A DNA stretch of 64,000 nucleotides, from the NCBI RefSeq assembly GCF_000150275.1, contig NW_002060943.1:9952209-10016208 (forward strand), read 5' to 3'. This DNA comes from Trichoplax adhaerens. Its lineage: Eukaryota; Animalia; Placozoa. Of this stretch, positions 1-11,886 are shown piece after piece; positions within the stretch are counted from its first letter, which is position 1, and the number at the start of each line of letters is the position of its first letter. A model generated the notes under the pieces. The model had not been told where the DNA came from. It made no database searches and worked only from the letters and a program-made list of their open reading frames with translations. The position numbers and the translations under genes are program-made.

Positions 1-1200
1 AAAAAATACCTGCAGATATCTTTAAAATGAAAATTTTACATTAATTGAGCAACGATAAATAACGGTTGCGCAGTATGGGATATTACTACCCCCAATAGTC
101 ACCGCACCATAAGACCTTACACTTATAGATAAATATGACAATTTTAAGTACTTTACTCGATTTAACCTTAATTATTATGACAAAAAACGATTGTAACACC
201 CATAAAATGGTGCAGAATATCATTATGAAGGAATTTAATGAGGTACAAGGCACTTTGCTTCGTATATATGAAATTCTTTTTTTAGGAAACACATATAAGA
301 TACAGATATTTACTTTTATCTTGAAATGTAAACAGAAACTATGCAAAAAAATGATAAAACATGCAGCATACAGTAGCTATAATATCAGAACTGTGATTTA
401 AATCCAAAAGATTTTAATATTCTTCATTTGAAATTTTTGCTTAAATTTAATCCATACTAGACGTGAACTTACATAATTAGAAGTCCTTGCTTGTAAAGAT
501 TCTTAGTAAAATTATATTAATTTTATGATAAAGCATATGGATACATGTATGTTTCATTATCCACCTCTTGTAATAAAAAGCAAGTCAGGATACGACTCAC
601 GGCAAAACGTAATCGCTTACAGCTCTGGTATAACAATACAGTATATAGTTTTCTCATGTACTATATACTGTAGTATAATAGATTACGATGACACATATTA
701 AAAATGAATCTACTGCAGATTTATTCTTTAAATTATACGGAAATAAAAAGGATTGTCACACTTTTAATTGATTAGATATTGATCATTCCAACAGCATTAT
801 AAATGTCTTGGCTTTTTAAAGTCATAGTGTACACCTATATTTGCTACTTGATCTAAAATTCTCATTACGCTATAATTCCGTATTTTCTACTCGAATTTGC
901 GTAAATTGATTTTAATAATGGTGCTCTATAATCGTCTCTAGTAACTATACAATACAGTATCAAACTATCAATCCATCGTCTTGTTTTTACAAACTTTTAT
1001 TACCATTTAATCTATCTTGTGAAATATATAGCCCATCATGGTAATGTCATTTTAATTGTAATAAAGAAAAATAGTTCAGAATCTGCGGACATAAAATTTT
1101 TACTGTATCTTTAATGAGCTGTGTATTATAACTACTGTATCTTCCCTCGGACATTCTATATTAAATTAGGAGGTATGAATAGAATCGAAATAAAAATTAC

Positions 1201-4146
1201 CTTTCCAGCATTATTATCGATGTCAACGTTGTAATCTCTGTCCATTTTATCTTCTGTATCTTTATAAGCTGATTTACAATGCAGTTCCAAATTGGTACCT
1301 GTAGAAACAAACGTCTATAAAGAAATAGATTCCTTAATTTAAGTAAACCAACTAGATATACTGTAATTCAGCGCATATACATATAGGCGTATATATACAT
1401 GAAGGGCTAAATTTTAAGGCATTAGAATTAGTAATATTACATGAATGCATAGAATGACCCATATTCCAGATATCTAAACTGGAGATTTAACGCAGTTATG
1501 AAATCGCTTCATTTAATTGATTAAGACTAGCATAATCTAATGTACTATGTTAGGAGCATGCTCGCTTATAAAGTTTTGAGATTAATTTCAAGTATGTGGT
1601 AAGGGATTGAGTTTTTAGCAAAGCCGATAAGAGTAAGGTAGTAGATTTACATCTAGTTTTAAAATTACCTCAATCGGGTTCAATCTATTACTGCAGAAGC
1701 CTGATTTATTTACTTGCATAATGATAACTAACGTGCATTATCAAACTACAAGTATTCGTGAGTCGGCAGAGAACAATATTCCATGAGCGGCCTATCTAGT
1801 TAAAATACTCTTATTTTAAAACCGTAAAAAATCATCAACTTCTACAGTAATAAGCAAAGCTTAATGACCACATATCAAGCAAGATATCGTGCTCCAATTA
1901 ATAACGAAAATTAAAACTAAATCATTAATCTAGCGTATAATTATAAAAAAGATCATATTTGAGAAGAATAAATGAGTAAGAAAGATATTGTACAGTATCA
2001 GTAACACCATTCATGTACTTTTATCATGTATTATCCTGTAGGACCATATGAAGATATTGCAACACAGTACTGTGATCCTTTCATACGAATTAGTTTCATC
2101 AATCTTCATGAAATAAGTCTATCACTAGTATCAAATCATAGCTTAGACTACTATTACCTAATTTAGTCAGTCAAGAAAACTCACCACAATCGAATAACCT
2201 TCTCGGCAATCCGATTGAAATCGCATGACTCTTTCTTCATGGGAACGATCAGGGAAACCAGCGTATTTAATCTATTTACAGCAGAGAATTGTACAATAAG
2301 ATTTACTAGTAAAATAACGGATAGTAATTCAGTTTCCTGAAGGATTAATGGCTTCGAGCGCTCTTGCTTTTACAACGCTATGAATATGCATAACTAGCGC
2401 CATTGTAGTCAAATAATCTTCTACTAGAAATCGCTGAGGGAAAGCTTCATTTACTTCTTGAAGAGATAATAAGTTTCATATAATAATACGTACGATAGTA
2501 ATTACTTAATCCTTCCGATTAAATAACAGAGTAATCGATCGTATGATATAAAAAGATGATAATAATTAAAAATATGAGCTGTAAATAAATAAGCTTCCGG
2601 TGGAAATTACTTGCAAAAAAGTTTTATTTCATCTCTCAAGCAAAGCGGTAGTAATTACAGTAGGTAATGATTAATAGCCATTTTATCGAATAACAGAGTA
2701 CGGTAAGTAGAGAATTGTATCAATTTTATACAATAAAATGGCAATAAGTAAAAATACAGAAATTGTTTTTGAAATATACGGTCCGAACATAATTAGTTAG
2801 TGAAGGCGACAAATAAGATTAAATGCTTGAGAGCAATATGTGAATATATATTATAATCAATATTAAAGTAATAACTTCGCTAATATAACAAAATACTCTT
2901 ACGATAATACAAAATAATGAGATCTATGAAAACTAGTAATAGGCTTGTGATCAAATACTGATACAACACTTTAATACGCTCATTAAACCTCTACAGTAAT
3001 TTAATATGAGATATTAAAGTGATTTTATTTGAATTCTGTGATGTATCATCATAATTTACCAGTTTTCTATATATGATATCTAATACGAACTACAAAAATA
3101 TAAATATGATCGGTAACCCAGTAATATGTTACAATATATCTTATTCGAAGTCTGCGATCTATTGTTATACAGTAGTCTACCATTGCAATAAATACCCTTA
3201 TCCTAAAGGGTCTCACTCCGTAGTCTACGCAACATTATAGTAAGCAAGCTTACTCATTTCAGTACTGTAATTTGACGACGACGGGTTATAAACTTTAGAT
3301 TTCACTACATTACACTAGTGCATACAAACTGTAAACTTATTGTAAATGTAAGCTGTGATCCTATCCGATATATACGTATTCGTCATGGTACAAAGATTAC
3401 CTCAATCATAAGCGTTAGCTCGGTTATAGACACGACTACTTAGTCTTACTCAGTCGTGCCATAGTAATCCCTAATTTAACATTATTTAGTTCTTATGAAA
3501 TGAACACCATTTGATGCAGTAAATACAGTTTGTTTGGAATAAAAATAACCATAATAGCCATAAATTTATAGGATCTGAAATCAAACAAAGAAGGAACTAC
3601 TATGCCCAATGCAATTGATATACATAAATTATCCTTGTAACATGGAATCAGAAAAGAGTTTAACCTTGAACTACCATACCCCCATTACATTGAACTAAAT
3701 GAAAGTAATCTCAGAATTAGAAGTATGAAAGAATCAAATCTTAAAATAAACCATGCAAAATATTATTTCTAACATAAGATTTGCTACAATTAAAAGGTAT
3801 TCATACCGACACGGGGGGAATAAGAATAAGGTCAGTCAGTTCCTCTGATTATAAAAAATGATGATATACTTCCGCTTTGTCAAAATTGCTAAAATATTTT
3901 TATAACCCAGATTATCAACCAGTAATTACATGATAGCAGAAATTTATTTCGAAATTTTTGTGATTTAATCAAGCCAGAAATACAATTTTTCAACTTATTG
4001 TCCGATAAATTGTTATTGCCACTATTGGAATAAATCAAAATGCCAGACAAGAATTTTTATTCCGATACCTCTGAATCGCGGCTAAGCTTGCGAAAAAGTT
4101 CGTCACTTTCAAATTTAAATTTTTGATCAGGTACAACTCGAGGCAT
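1201..4146 (-). CDS. CBFB: Core-binding factor beta subunit (RUNX partner); exons 1-3 in window (4146-4069, 2271-2185, 1314-1201); 3' exons not identified, probably left of the window
   Basis: Manual splicing gives MPRVVPDQKFKFESDELFRKLSRDSE|IKYAGFPDRSHEERVMRFQSDCREGYSIV|TFVSTGTNLELHCKSAYKDTEDKMDRDYNVDIDNNAGK. This matches the CBF-beta N-terminus (MPRVVPDQRSKFE...IKYTGFRDRPHEER...FVATGTNL...EAGK). All introns are GT-AG, phase 0. Not in the ORF track. Confidence 0.95.
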
Positions 4147-7100
4147 GGTTTATCGGTAATGATTATAATCTATAAAGTTTGATTCTGCAGTAGATAAGTA
4201 GATATGATTAGTGAGATGATAATTCGATAATGTCATGGTATCGTAACAAAAGATTTTTGAGTTAAAAACATTAGTAATCTTGTCTTATTGATTGAAGAAA
4301 TGTAACCTTTAAACAGATTTACAACAATTTTAAAGATCTATTAAAATAGAGTAACTGCGTAAGACTTTAACTTTGAAAGTCCTAAAATATTAAATTAAGT
4401 AAGGCAAGAATTTTATTGATTATTATTAAGATAGTTTTATATTACACTGCTATTATCACCTTGCGCTTACGCTGACGATTTCCAATAGTTATGACTCAAG
4501 GTGGTGAATTAGAAGTACGCGTATGTAGTAGTTGAATGTGAAGTCTACAAGATTTCAAGATATTTATATACTGTAGTAATGTAGTTCATGCCTTTATACA
4601 TATGTTGAATTGTTCCTTTTCAATAAGTCTTCTTTTAAAATGTCCAAAATTTAATTCAATACCTCACGGCGTCACGTGATTTAGTCAATTAAATTTAATT
4701 TATTTAAAGTTCAATTTTTATAATGTGTCTAAAGGGGAATTAACAAAAGAAAAAGTCTGGACTTCAGCAGATGCTATTATAATTATGATCCTTTAATTAA
4801 GTTTAGAATATTTTCAATGCTTCTTAACTAGTAAAATTGTTGTTATATCGTATCTTGCTTTGCGAAGAAAAATATTTTTACTACTTTACTACATACCTGT
4901 GTATTACTATACTTCTGTGCTGTATGTACAGTACCTGAGTACCCTACGTTCCGTCCTGTATGTGCATTGCTAAGTACCTCGATTGGCGAATAATATTAAC
5001 GCTGTATAGTATCAGATAATGGTCATTCGTTTAATTCGGTTAAAGAATTATAGTTCATACTATAGTAATTTGCTGTATTTGACTTTCCTAATGAAATACT
5101 GCCGAGTCATGTGAATATTCAGTAAACCCCTTGACGTAATGGAGTTTTCAAATTATCAATTAGGTTTGTCGTTATATTTTGTAGTCCGTCTAAAAATATA
5201 CTCGTAATCGTTACGATCACGATTGTGTTTCGTATATTACAATGTAATTTAAATTACTTATGTTGTATATGGTACGCGAGTAAATTGTAGTTTGTCACTG
5301 TTATTTCTTTATATTTCTCTCCTAACTGTAATCTTATTTTCAATACACTGAATGTCTTTGAATGTTTAATCTCCATTATGAATAAGATTTACTATCTAAG
5401 ATTTATTACCCACTATACAATTTTTAGTGAATATTATTATATACTGTATTGACCATATCATTGTTTGTAGTACGTCATGTGAAGATATACGCGTATTAGC
5501 AAGTCTAGTATATACTTCTTCGTCTTCATATGTATTTCAGCTAGTCAATTATTTGAATGAGTATAGCACAGCAGGTGCTCGAAACAGTATAACTAATGAA
5601 GAGACGATTAGGGCTTATGTCATGAAGGTACGGCTCATACTAACATATAGCTAAAATGCACGATCTATATATACGCGTATATATGAACGATAATGCTTAT
5701 TACAGTATATCAGTTGCTAATCTACCTTGAAATAATCATATACCTTCTGCATAGTCAGCTGTAATGCTTTTTATGGTCTACAAAATATAGAGTAGTGGCC
5801 AATAAGCATTTCCCACGTTTCGGAATATGTAACACATTGATTTAGATCAGTACCAGTACATTTAATCTATTTTTATATTCTCATATGGTCAAGTGATGCC
5901 ATGTTATGATAAAGGTAGGTTGATTTAGAAAAGGAAGATAGGTATTTTAATTCTAAAATGATGCTGCTACAATTTCCAAATTTTGTAACAAGTACTAGAT
6001 CTGCACTCAGCAAGGAGACCCAGTAATTAAGTTGAAGAACTAACTTTATTGTTAAAATAATGAGTTTATATACTTTCTTTATTGTGACCTTTGATCTACT
6101 GGCGTAGATCACAAGATCATCACTAAGAGAAAGGTTTCCCTAGTTTAGACATTACAAATAGGATATCATACCGAGTATGGCAACATGAGAATACATATAT
6201 AGATAAGCTTAATATAGTACCATAACTACATCTATATACGCATGACGTGATAATAACATCGTGATATTTAACCATATATAGAAAGAAGGTAACATACTAA
6301 TTATGTAACTATTACAGAACGTGACAGATGCAGATGTAAGGAAGATAGAATTCGAAACTTACATCACCACTAGTTTCACTCCAGTCATTTAAATACACAA
6401 CAGCAGTAAAGATTTAGGACCCAGAAAGAAATTTCTGTTTAGGCTTACAACTAGTGTTCAGAGGACAGCGAATACTGCGTTGCTTTTTAGTTACAGTGCT
6501 ATTTATATAACTTATACTGTGCTTCTTGCAGAAACGATACTTTACGTTCTATGGAGACATAGCAAATATATAGTATAATGTTACAATATTGACGAGTTTA
6601 TCCTATTTTGCCTAATGGAATACACCATATATACGGGTTTTCCGCTCCTATTCTATCTTCTCATCGTTGACTGAACGTAATACAATTATAGCACAATTTG
6701 GTGATATCTATAATTAATCAGTGCGTACAAGTATATATCAAATAGGCATTGTGTATTCACTATCGTAGCAATTTAGTTTTATTATATATTTATTATAATT
6801 ACTATTGTTATCAAACATAACTATATCAGGAAATGATAAGCTCAGAATGATAACTGAGTAAATAGCATCTTTTAACTAGTTTACGATAATTATTTCATTG
6901 TTTCAATAAGTGATCCGACGTTAATATGTTATATAAGGAATGTTATTACGAAATACGGGATAAAATTTCCTTGGTAATTTTTAATATAGGGGTCTACGTT
7001 GTATTACATTAGCAGCATCCGATATTATAATAATTATGTTACTGTAGTACTTAAGTATCAATTTGTAGTAAGCATATAGAGATGCTTACAGACAAAAATA

Positions 7101-8863
7101 CTTATCTCATCGAATTTACTTTGGTGTGTTATCATTTGCCATAACCCCATCAGCCAGTATCATTGTTGGATGTTACCGCATTTGTTAGGACTGAACTATA
7201 TTCATAATATATTGCTATGAATCGTCACTTTAAATTATTTAACCGTACGATTCAATAATAAAATGCAATGAAGATTCAGCTTAATACTCTAGTAAAGATT
7301 TATGTTAATTTCCAGTATCACATATTGAGGCTTTAAAAACTTTTAAGAATGACTTAAACGAATAGTTCACAGTGGCAGAACAATAACATTCATAGACAGT
7401 TCTCAAGAAAATGATTTAAATTTGTTATTTAACTGGGGAAGGACGAAGATTCCAGAATTAAAATTACATTAAGGTTAGATCACTATAATAAAGAAAGTTT
7501 GGTTGTGAGGTTCCTCACCTAGTCTTAAAACTATTCCATTTAAAATTCGTATATGCCACGCCTGTGCTGTATATATACTTATCGATATATATTTAATTTC
7601 AGTACACTATAATGCAGGAAATAATATCAATTTAAGTAATTCAACATTTAATTGGAAATACGATACGACACAATACAAATTATTTTGGAGCAGATTGGTT
7701 ATAAAGTATCGAATTAGAACTATTACGGTATTGTTGTACTACTAGCGTTTTTATCTTAATAGCATTATTGGGCTAAAAGGTCTCTATTGAATTATTAGTA
7801 TTTTACGGTACTAGAAATCAGAACGACAGAAAATAAATGTACAAGATGGCACTAATTTTTATAGCCAATACTTGCTATTCGTCTAATATACATCATGGGT
7901 TACTAGAATTTTTTTAAGTATCATACAGTAGAAGTCGAACCATCTGCAGCCTGCAGGTACGTTATACTACTACTGGCACTGTTCATTATTACTCAACAGA
8001 GTTACGTGCCTCCATATATAAATTATTGTCATTATGAAACAATGAGAATTTAGACATTCAATTATATATATAATTACAATTAAAGAATCACAGTCCATGA
8101 CATTATCCTATTTTCAGCCGATATAACGCATGTCGTAGCGCCATCAATATTATTTTAAGCATAAATATTGTACGCATAAGCTATAAAGAATCTATTTCCA
8201 TAGGATATATACTTTCCAGTGCAATCTTTCGAGAACCAAGCTTTGTTCAAGATAAGGTGTCTCCTCCTTTTATAACCTATATTAATGACATGTTTATGTT
8301 AATTTTATCACTATACTAGAATCCTATCTTTATCAAAAATGTAAGAACTATAATGGAGAGCTTTACTATTTACTAGTATTTTAAATCTTGTAATATTTTA
8401 TATCATTGCAATACAGCTGGTATTTTATTACAGCACAAAGTTTATAAGCTAAATGTTAGATTTGGATTATACCGTCCTAAACTGTGTTATCGTTGTTCAT
8501 ATTAAGTACTCTATAAAGTGCTGCGTCGTTACAATCTAGTTTATGTAATGATACTATACCAGAAAGAGGAATCATATCACAGCAACATAGTACTTAAATA
8601 GTATTGTATATATGTACAGTATATACCGTATATTTCAGTATATCTATTAGTACATAGAGTGTATTGTCAGTCGCTATCGCTAATTAATTAGCTATCGTAC
8701 AGTCATTAAGCAATAACAATTTGCATTTACAGTTTGTTAGATGGTTAAGTGAATACATATGCTGGATTGTTTCAACTTCATGATTTTAATTTTATAGTTA
8801 TCGGGTGCCATTTGGTTCATCAGGTACTGAAGAAAACGTTTGTTTTATACAGTACTGATACTA

Positions 8864-10408
8864 TCAGAGTTGGTCCCTGATCCTGATAGACTTTACCTTA
8901 AGCAGTAAAAATTAGGTAATTTTCTATAAATCTCGTAGTGCAGTTTTCAATTTTACTTACCTGAGCTTCTAGATATTCAATTCTCTTCTCGAGCATTGTT
9001 AGTTTTTCATTCAAATTCGCTAAGCGTGATCTGCAAGTTATATCTATAGTGGAACGTATTTCAGAAGTGATATATATAATGTTATTATTAGATTTTAAGA
9101 AGCACAGAAGATGAAAGGTATACTGTAAAAATCTGATTTTATCAATTCTTTTTCTCAGGCCTACTGCCGCCTACATATACCGTATTCAAGAAGTTGATCT
9201 AATAAAAAGCATCTAGACCAGCAGCTTTAAACGATCTGGTGACTGTTAGACTGTAGACAGCTTTTATTGGCACGTAGGAGTATACGATTAAAGATACATG
9301 CACTTCTGATGACATGATAATTACAATATATTTCTATAGGAAGACAATCACAGATCGTATATTTCGATGAATATCCTACCAAGACTACAGTCTTTGTCTC
9401 TGCATACAGCACAGTGCCTACTATAGTTCATAGATTCATCATATGCAGAGTCACGTATTCATTCAAGGAGTAGAGTAGTAGCTAGTGAAGGAGTTAAATG
9501 GACACTGTGAAAGAAGTTTACGACTAAAAAATAAGTTAAGTATGTTTACGGTACAGTATTGTACTGTGCTATACAGCATAATGACAGATATAGGATCAGA
9601 AACCGTACAGACATGGAGACTACTAAAAGAAAGAATTCAATTTCTTAGCACTGTTACTCCTTGTAGCAAAAGGTTCAGTACAAATTTTGTACCTCAGTGA
9701 TGAAGTCGACATCAGGCAAGCTGTATTTACTAAATACGCATATTCATAATGCTGTACAATAGGTATACTATAGAAGTATAGATCCTCTAACATACTGTGC
9801 AATGTTCTCACTTTTACGGTATACTTAACGCACTAATGCAAGTGTGACAATTGATTCGGCTGTATGGCAATTATAAATTATCTACTACTATATATGAAGC
9901 AATATTAGCTTCTTTAACGGCTTACGTCTACTGCAGTGAACTGTTGAGTACTAATTAGATATAGCGAGGAAATTCTACCCACAAGATTACTGAAATATCT
10001 TTCACTAGAGACCTGAGAGGCTGACACTGTGAGTCTTTCAGGGTCTCTCTCCTAGTACTGTATATTGAGTACTGTACTGTACAGTATAGTAAATGGTTGT
10101 TTATGTAAGCCTTCGGATCATATCTAACATTCATCTTGAATGGAGAATACAGTATACTTGTTTAAGACTCTTCGAACAGTATTGGAAATAATGAGTAAAT
10201 GCTGATCAAACTTAATTACACAAAATTGCATATATGTAAAGTACAGTACCTTAAGTTTCATAACTGGTTAATATCAATCATATGCTAACTTACCAAAAGC
10301 GTTGAGTATATTGGTCACTTTTTTGATATTGTTTGTAATTGCTGATATATATTCTCGGTTATCCCAGTCTAGTTGCATGTGTTCGTTTGCAGAATTTTGA
10401 GTAGCCAT
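8864..10408 (-). CDS. BRK1: BRICK1/HSPC300, WAVE/SCAR complex subunit (exons 10408-10294, 9043-8961, probable last exon 8896-8864)
   Basis: Spliced translation [66 protein letters not shown]|[10 protein letters not shown] carries the family signature DWxNREYI...IKK...CRSRLAxLNEKLTxLExRIEYxEA. Both donors are GTAAG. The last exon is uncertain (an alternative acceptor near 8826 exists). Not in the ORF track. Confidence 0.93.
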
Positions 10409-10544
10409 GATCCAACAAAGTAAATTTTCTATCGATGTCACAAATAACTAGATATTCTACGCATAATACGGTACATACAGATACAGTACACTGTAGGTGG
10501 TATAACATGTAAGAATTCTTAAGAATTTGATTTTGTGTAAAAAT

Positions 10545-10835
10545 TAATTACAGTACAGTACAGTGTAGTACAGTATATGGATTAGCTGTCGCTCATGAAT
10601 CGATCAGCTGCGATCAGTTACTTCCATCTTATTAAAATCCGCTAAAGAAGTATGTATACTATACAGTACAGTACAGTGCAGTAAAGTACGGTATACTCGT
10701 ATACGCACGCTCCGACTCTACAGTACAAATAAAGTACTGTACACTGTACAGTACAGTACGTACAGTACAGTACAGTACTGTACAGTACAGTAAATCGACA
10801 GTCATTAAGTTACAGTACTGTACTGTACTGTAGAA
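10545..10835. repeat. (TACAG/TACTG)n mixed-orientation pentamer array upstream of BRK1
   Basis: e.g. tacagtacagtacagtgtagtacagta and gtacagtacagtacagtactgtacagtacagta. Confidence 0.9.
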
Positions 10836-11169
10836 TATCAGACTTTGGACCGTAGACAATAGACGCAGTTGTTCCGGAAAAATGAGCCCTGAGTCATGGA
10901 CCACTAAAAATATACCATCTAATGGCCCATGCCTAAGTAAATCAGACGTAGAGAGAGCTATGATTAAAAATTAATAGCTAATATCAATCCCTGACCACTA
11001 CACAGAGAGGGGATTCTGAGTACAGTGACAGTCGGGGGATTATCATCACTAATTACTTATATACAGAGCATTAGACCACTATTTCAGCGTGATTTCAGTA
11101 CTGTACAGTACTGTACCCCGTCCAGTACTACTGACTTATGGCTCGTACTAGAAATTTCAAAGAAATGAA

Positions 11170-11630
11170 AATAACTCAACAATGCAGCAAAAATAAAAAC
11201 ATCAAGTGCCAATTGCTCAAGGTTGTAATGATCTGTATTGGTGAAATTTTAGCAAAATTTAGAGTAAATGCTTAAAAAGTTTAAAAGTTTAAAGGCCTAA
11301 TTAAGGGCTACACTATGACGGAACTGTAACAGCTTTCAATCAGTAACAGCCACGCCCATAAAATAAACCGGTATTACGACGTGACTTGTAAATAGCTGGA
11401 GCGACTGATAGTTTGTATTAGAAACTTTAAAGAAATAAAATTATTCAATATTGCGATAAAAAGCAATAAAAATGCCAATAGCCGATTGCTCAAGGTTTTA
11501 CTGATCTGTCTAGATGGAATTTGAGCCAAATTGAAAGTATGTTACTTCACAGTTTAAAGACATAATTTAAGGCAACACTATAGCCGAACATCTTTCAACC
11601 GTTTTAGAGGGCTCGCCACGCCCCCATAAT
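11170..11630 (+). repeat. Diverged direct duplication (about 190-bp similar blocks, about 270-bp offset) in the BRK1/CTTNBP2 intergenic region
   Basis: Shared blocks in the same order: ATTGCTCAAGGTT (11212, 11485), TGATCTGT, AGTTTAAAG, ACACTAT, CTTTCAA, GCCACGCCC (11349, 11615). Confidence 0.75.
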
Positions 11631-11639
11631 AGTGGTCTT

Positions 11640-11860
11640 ATCTGTACAGTACAGTACAGTACTGTAGATTGCTACAATACTGTGCATGTGTGATTGGTCA
11701 GAGACTTCACATTGTACTGTACAGTACAGTACAATATGGTCAACCAACCAAAAATAGATACCAGACGAGGTCTTGCTGATTTGCAGGACTTTGTATATTG
11801 TACTGTACAATGAACATACTGAACAGATAGCCAAACTATTGAGATACAGTACAGTCTACT
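11640..11860. repeat. (TACAG/TACTG)n array immediately upstream of the CTTNBP2-like first exon
   Basis: tctgtacagtacagtacagtactgtag and tgtactgtacagtacagtac. Confidence 0.85.
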
Positions 11861-11886
11861 AAAATTTTATGTAAAATAAAGTGGAC

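Noticed and set aside
86-166. Possible CBFB exon 4 (VKSSKVLKIVIFIYKCKVLWCGDYWG*)
   Set aside because: Only a faint likeness to VYLKAPMILNGVCVIWKGW, and it stops early. The true exon is more likely outside the window.
4671-4679. GTCACGTGA E-box upstream of CBFB
   Set aside because: A single short motif with unknown TSS; not enough support
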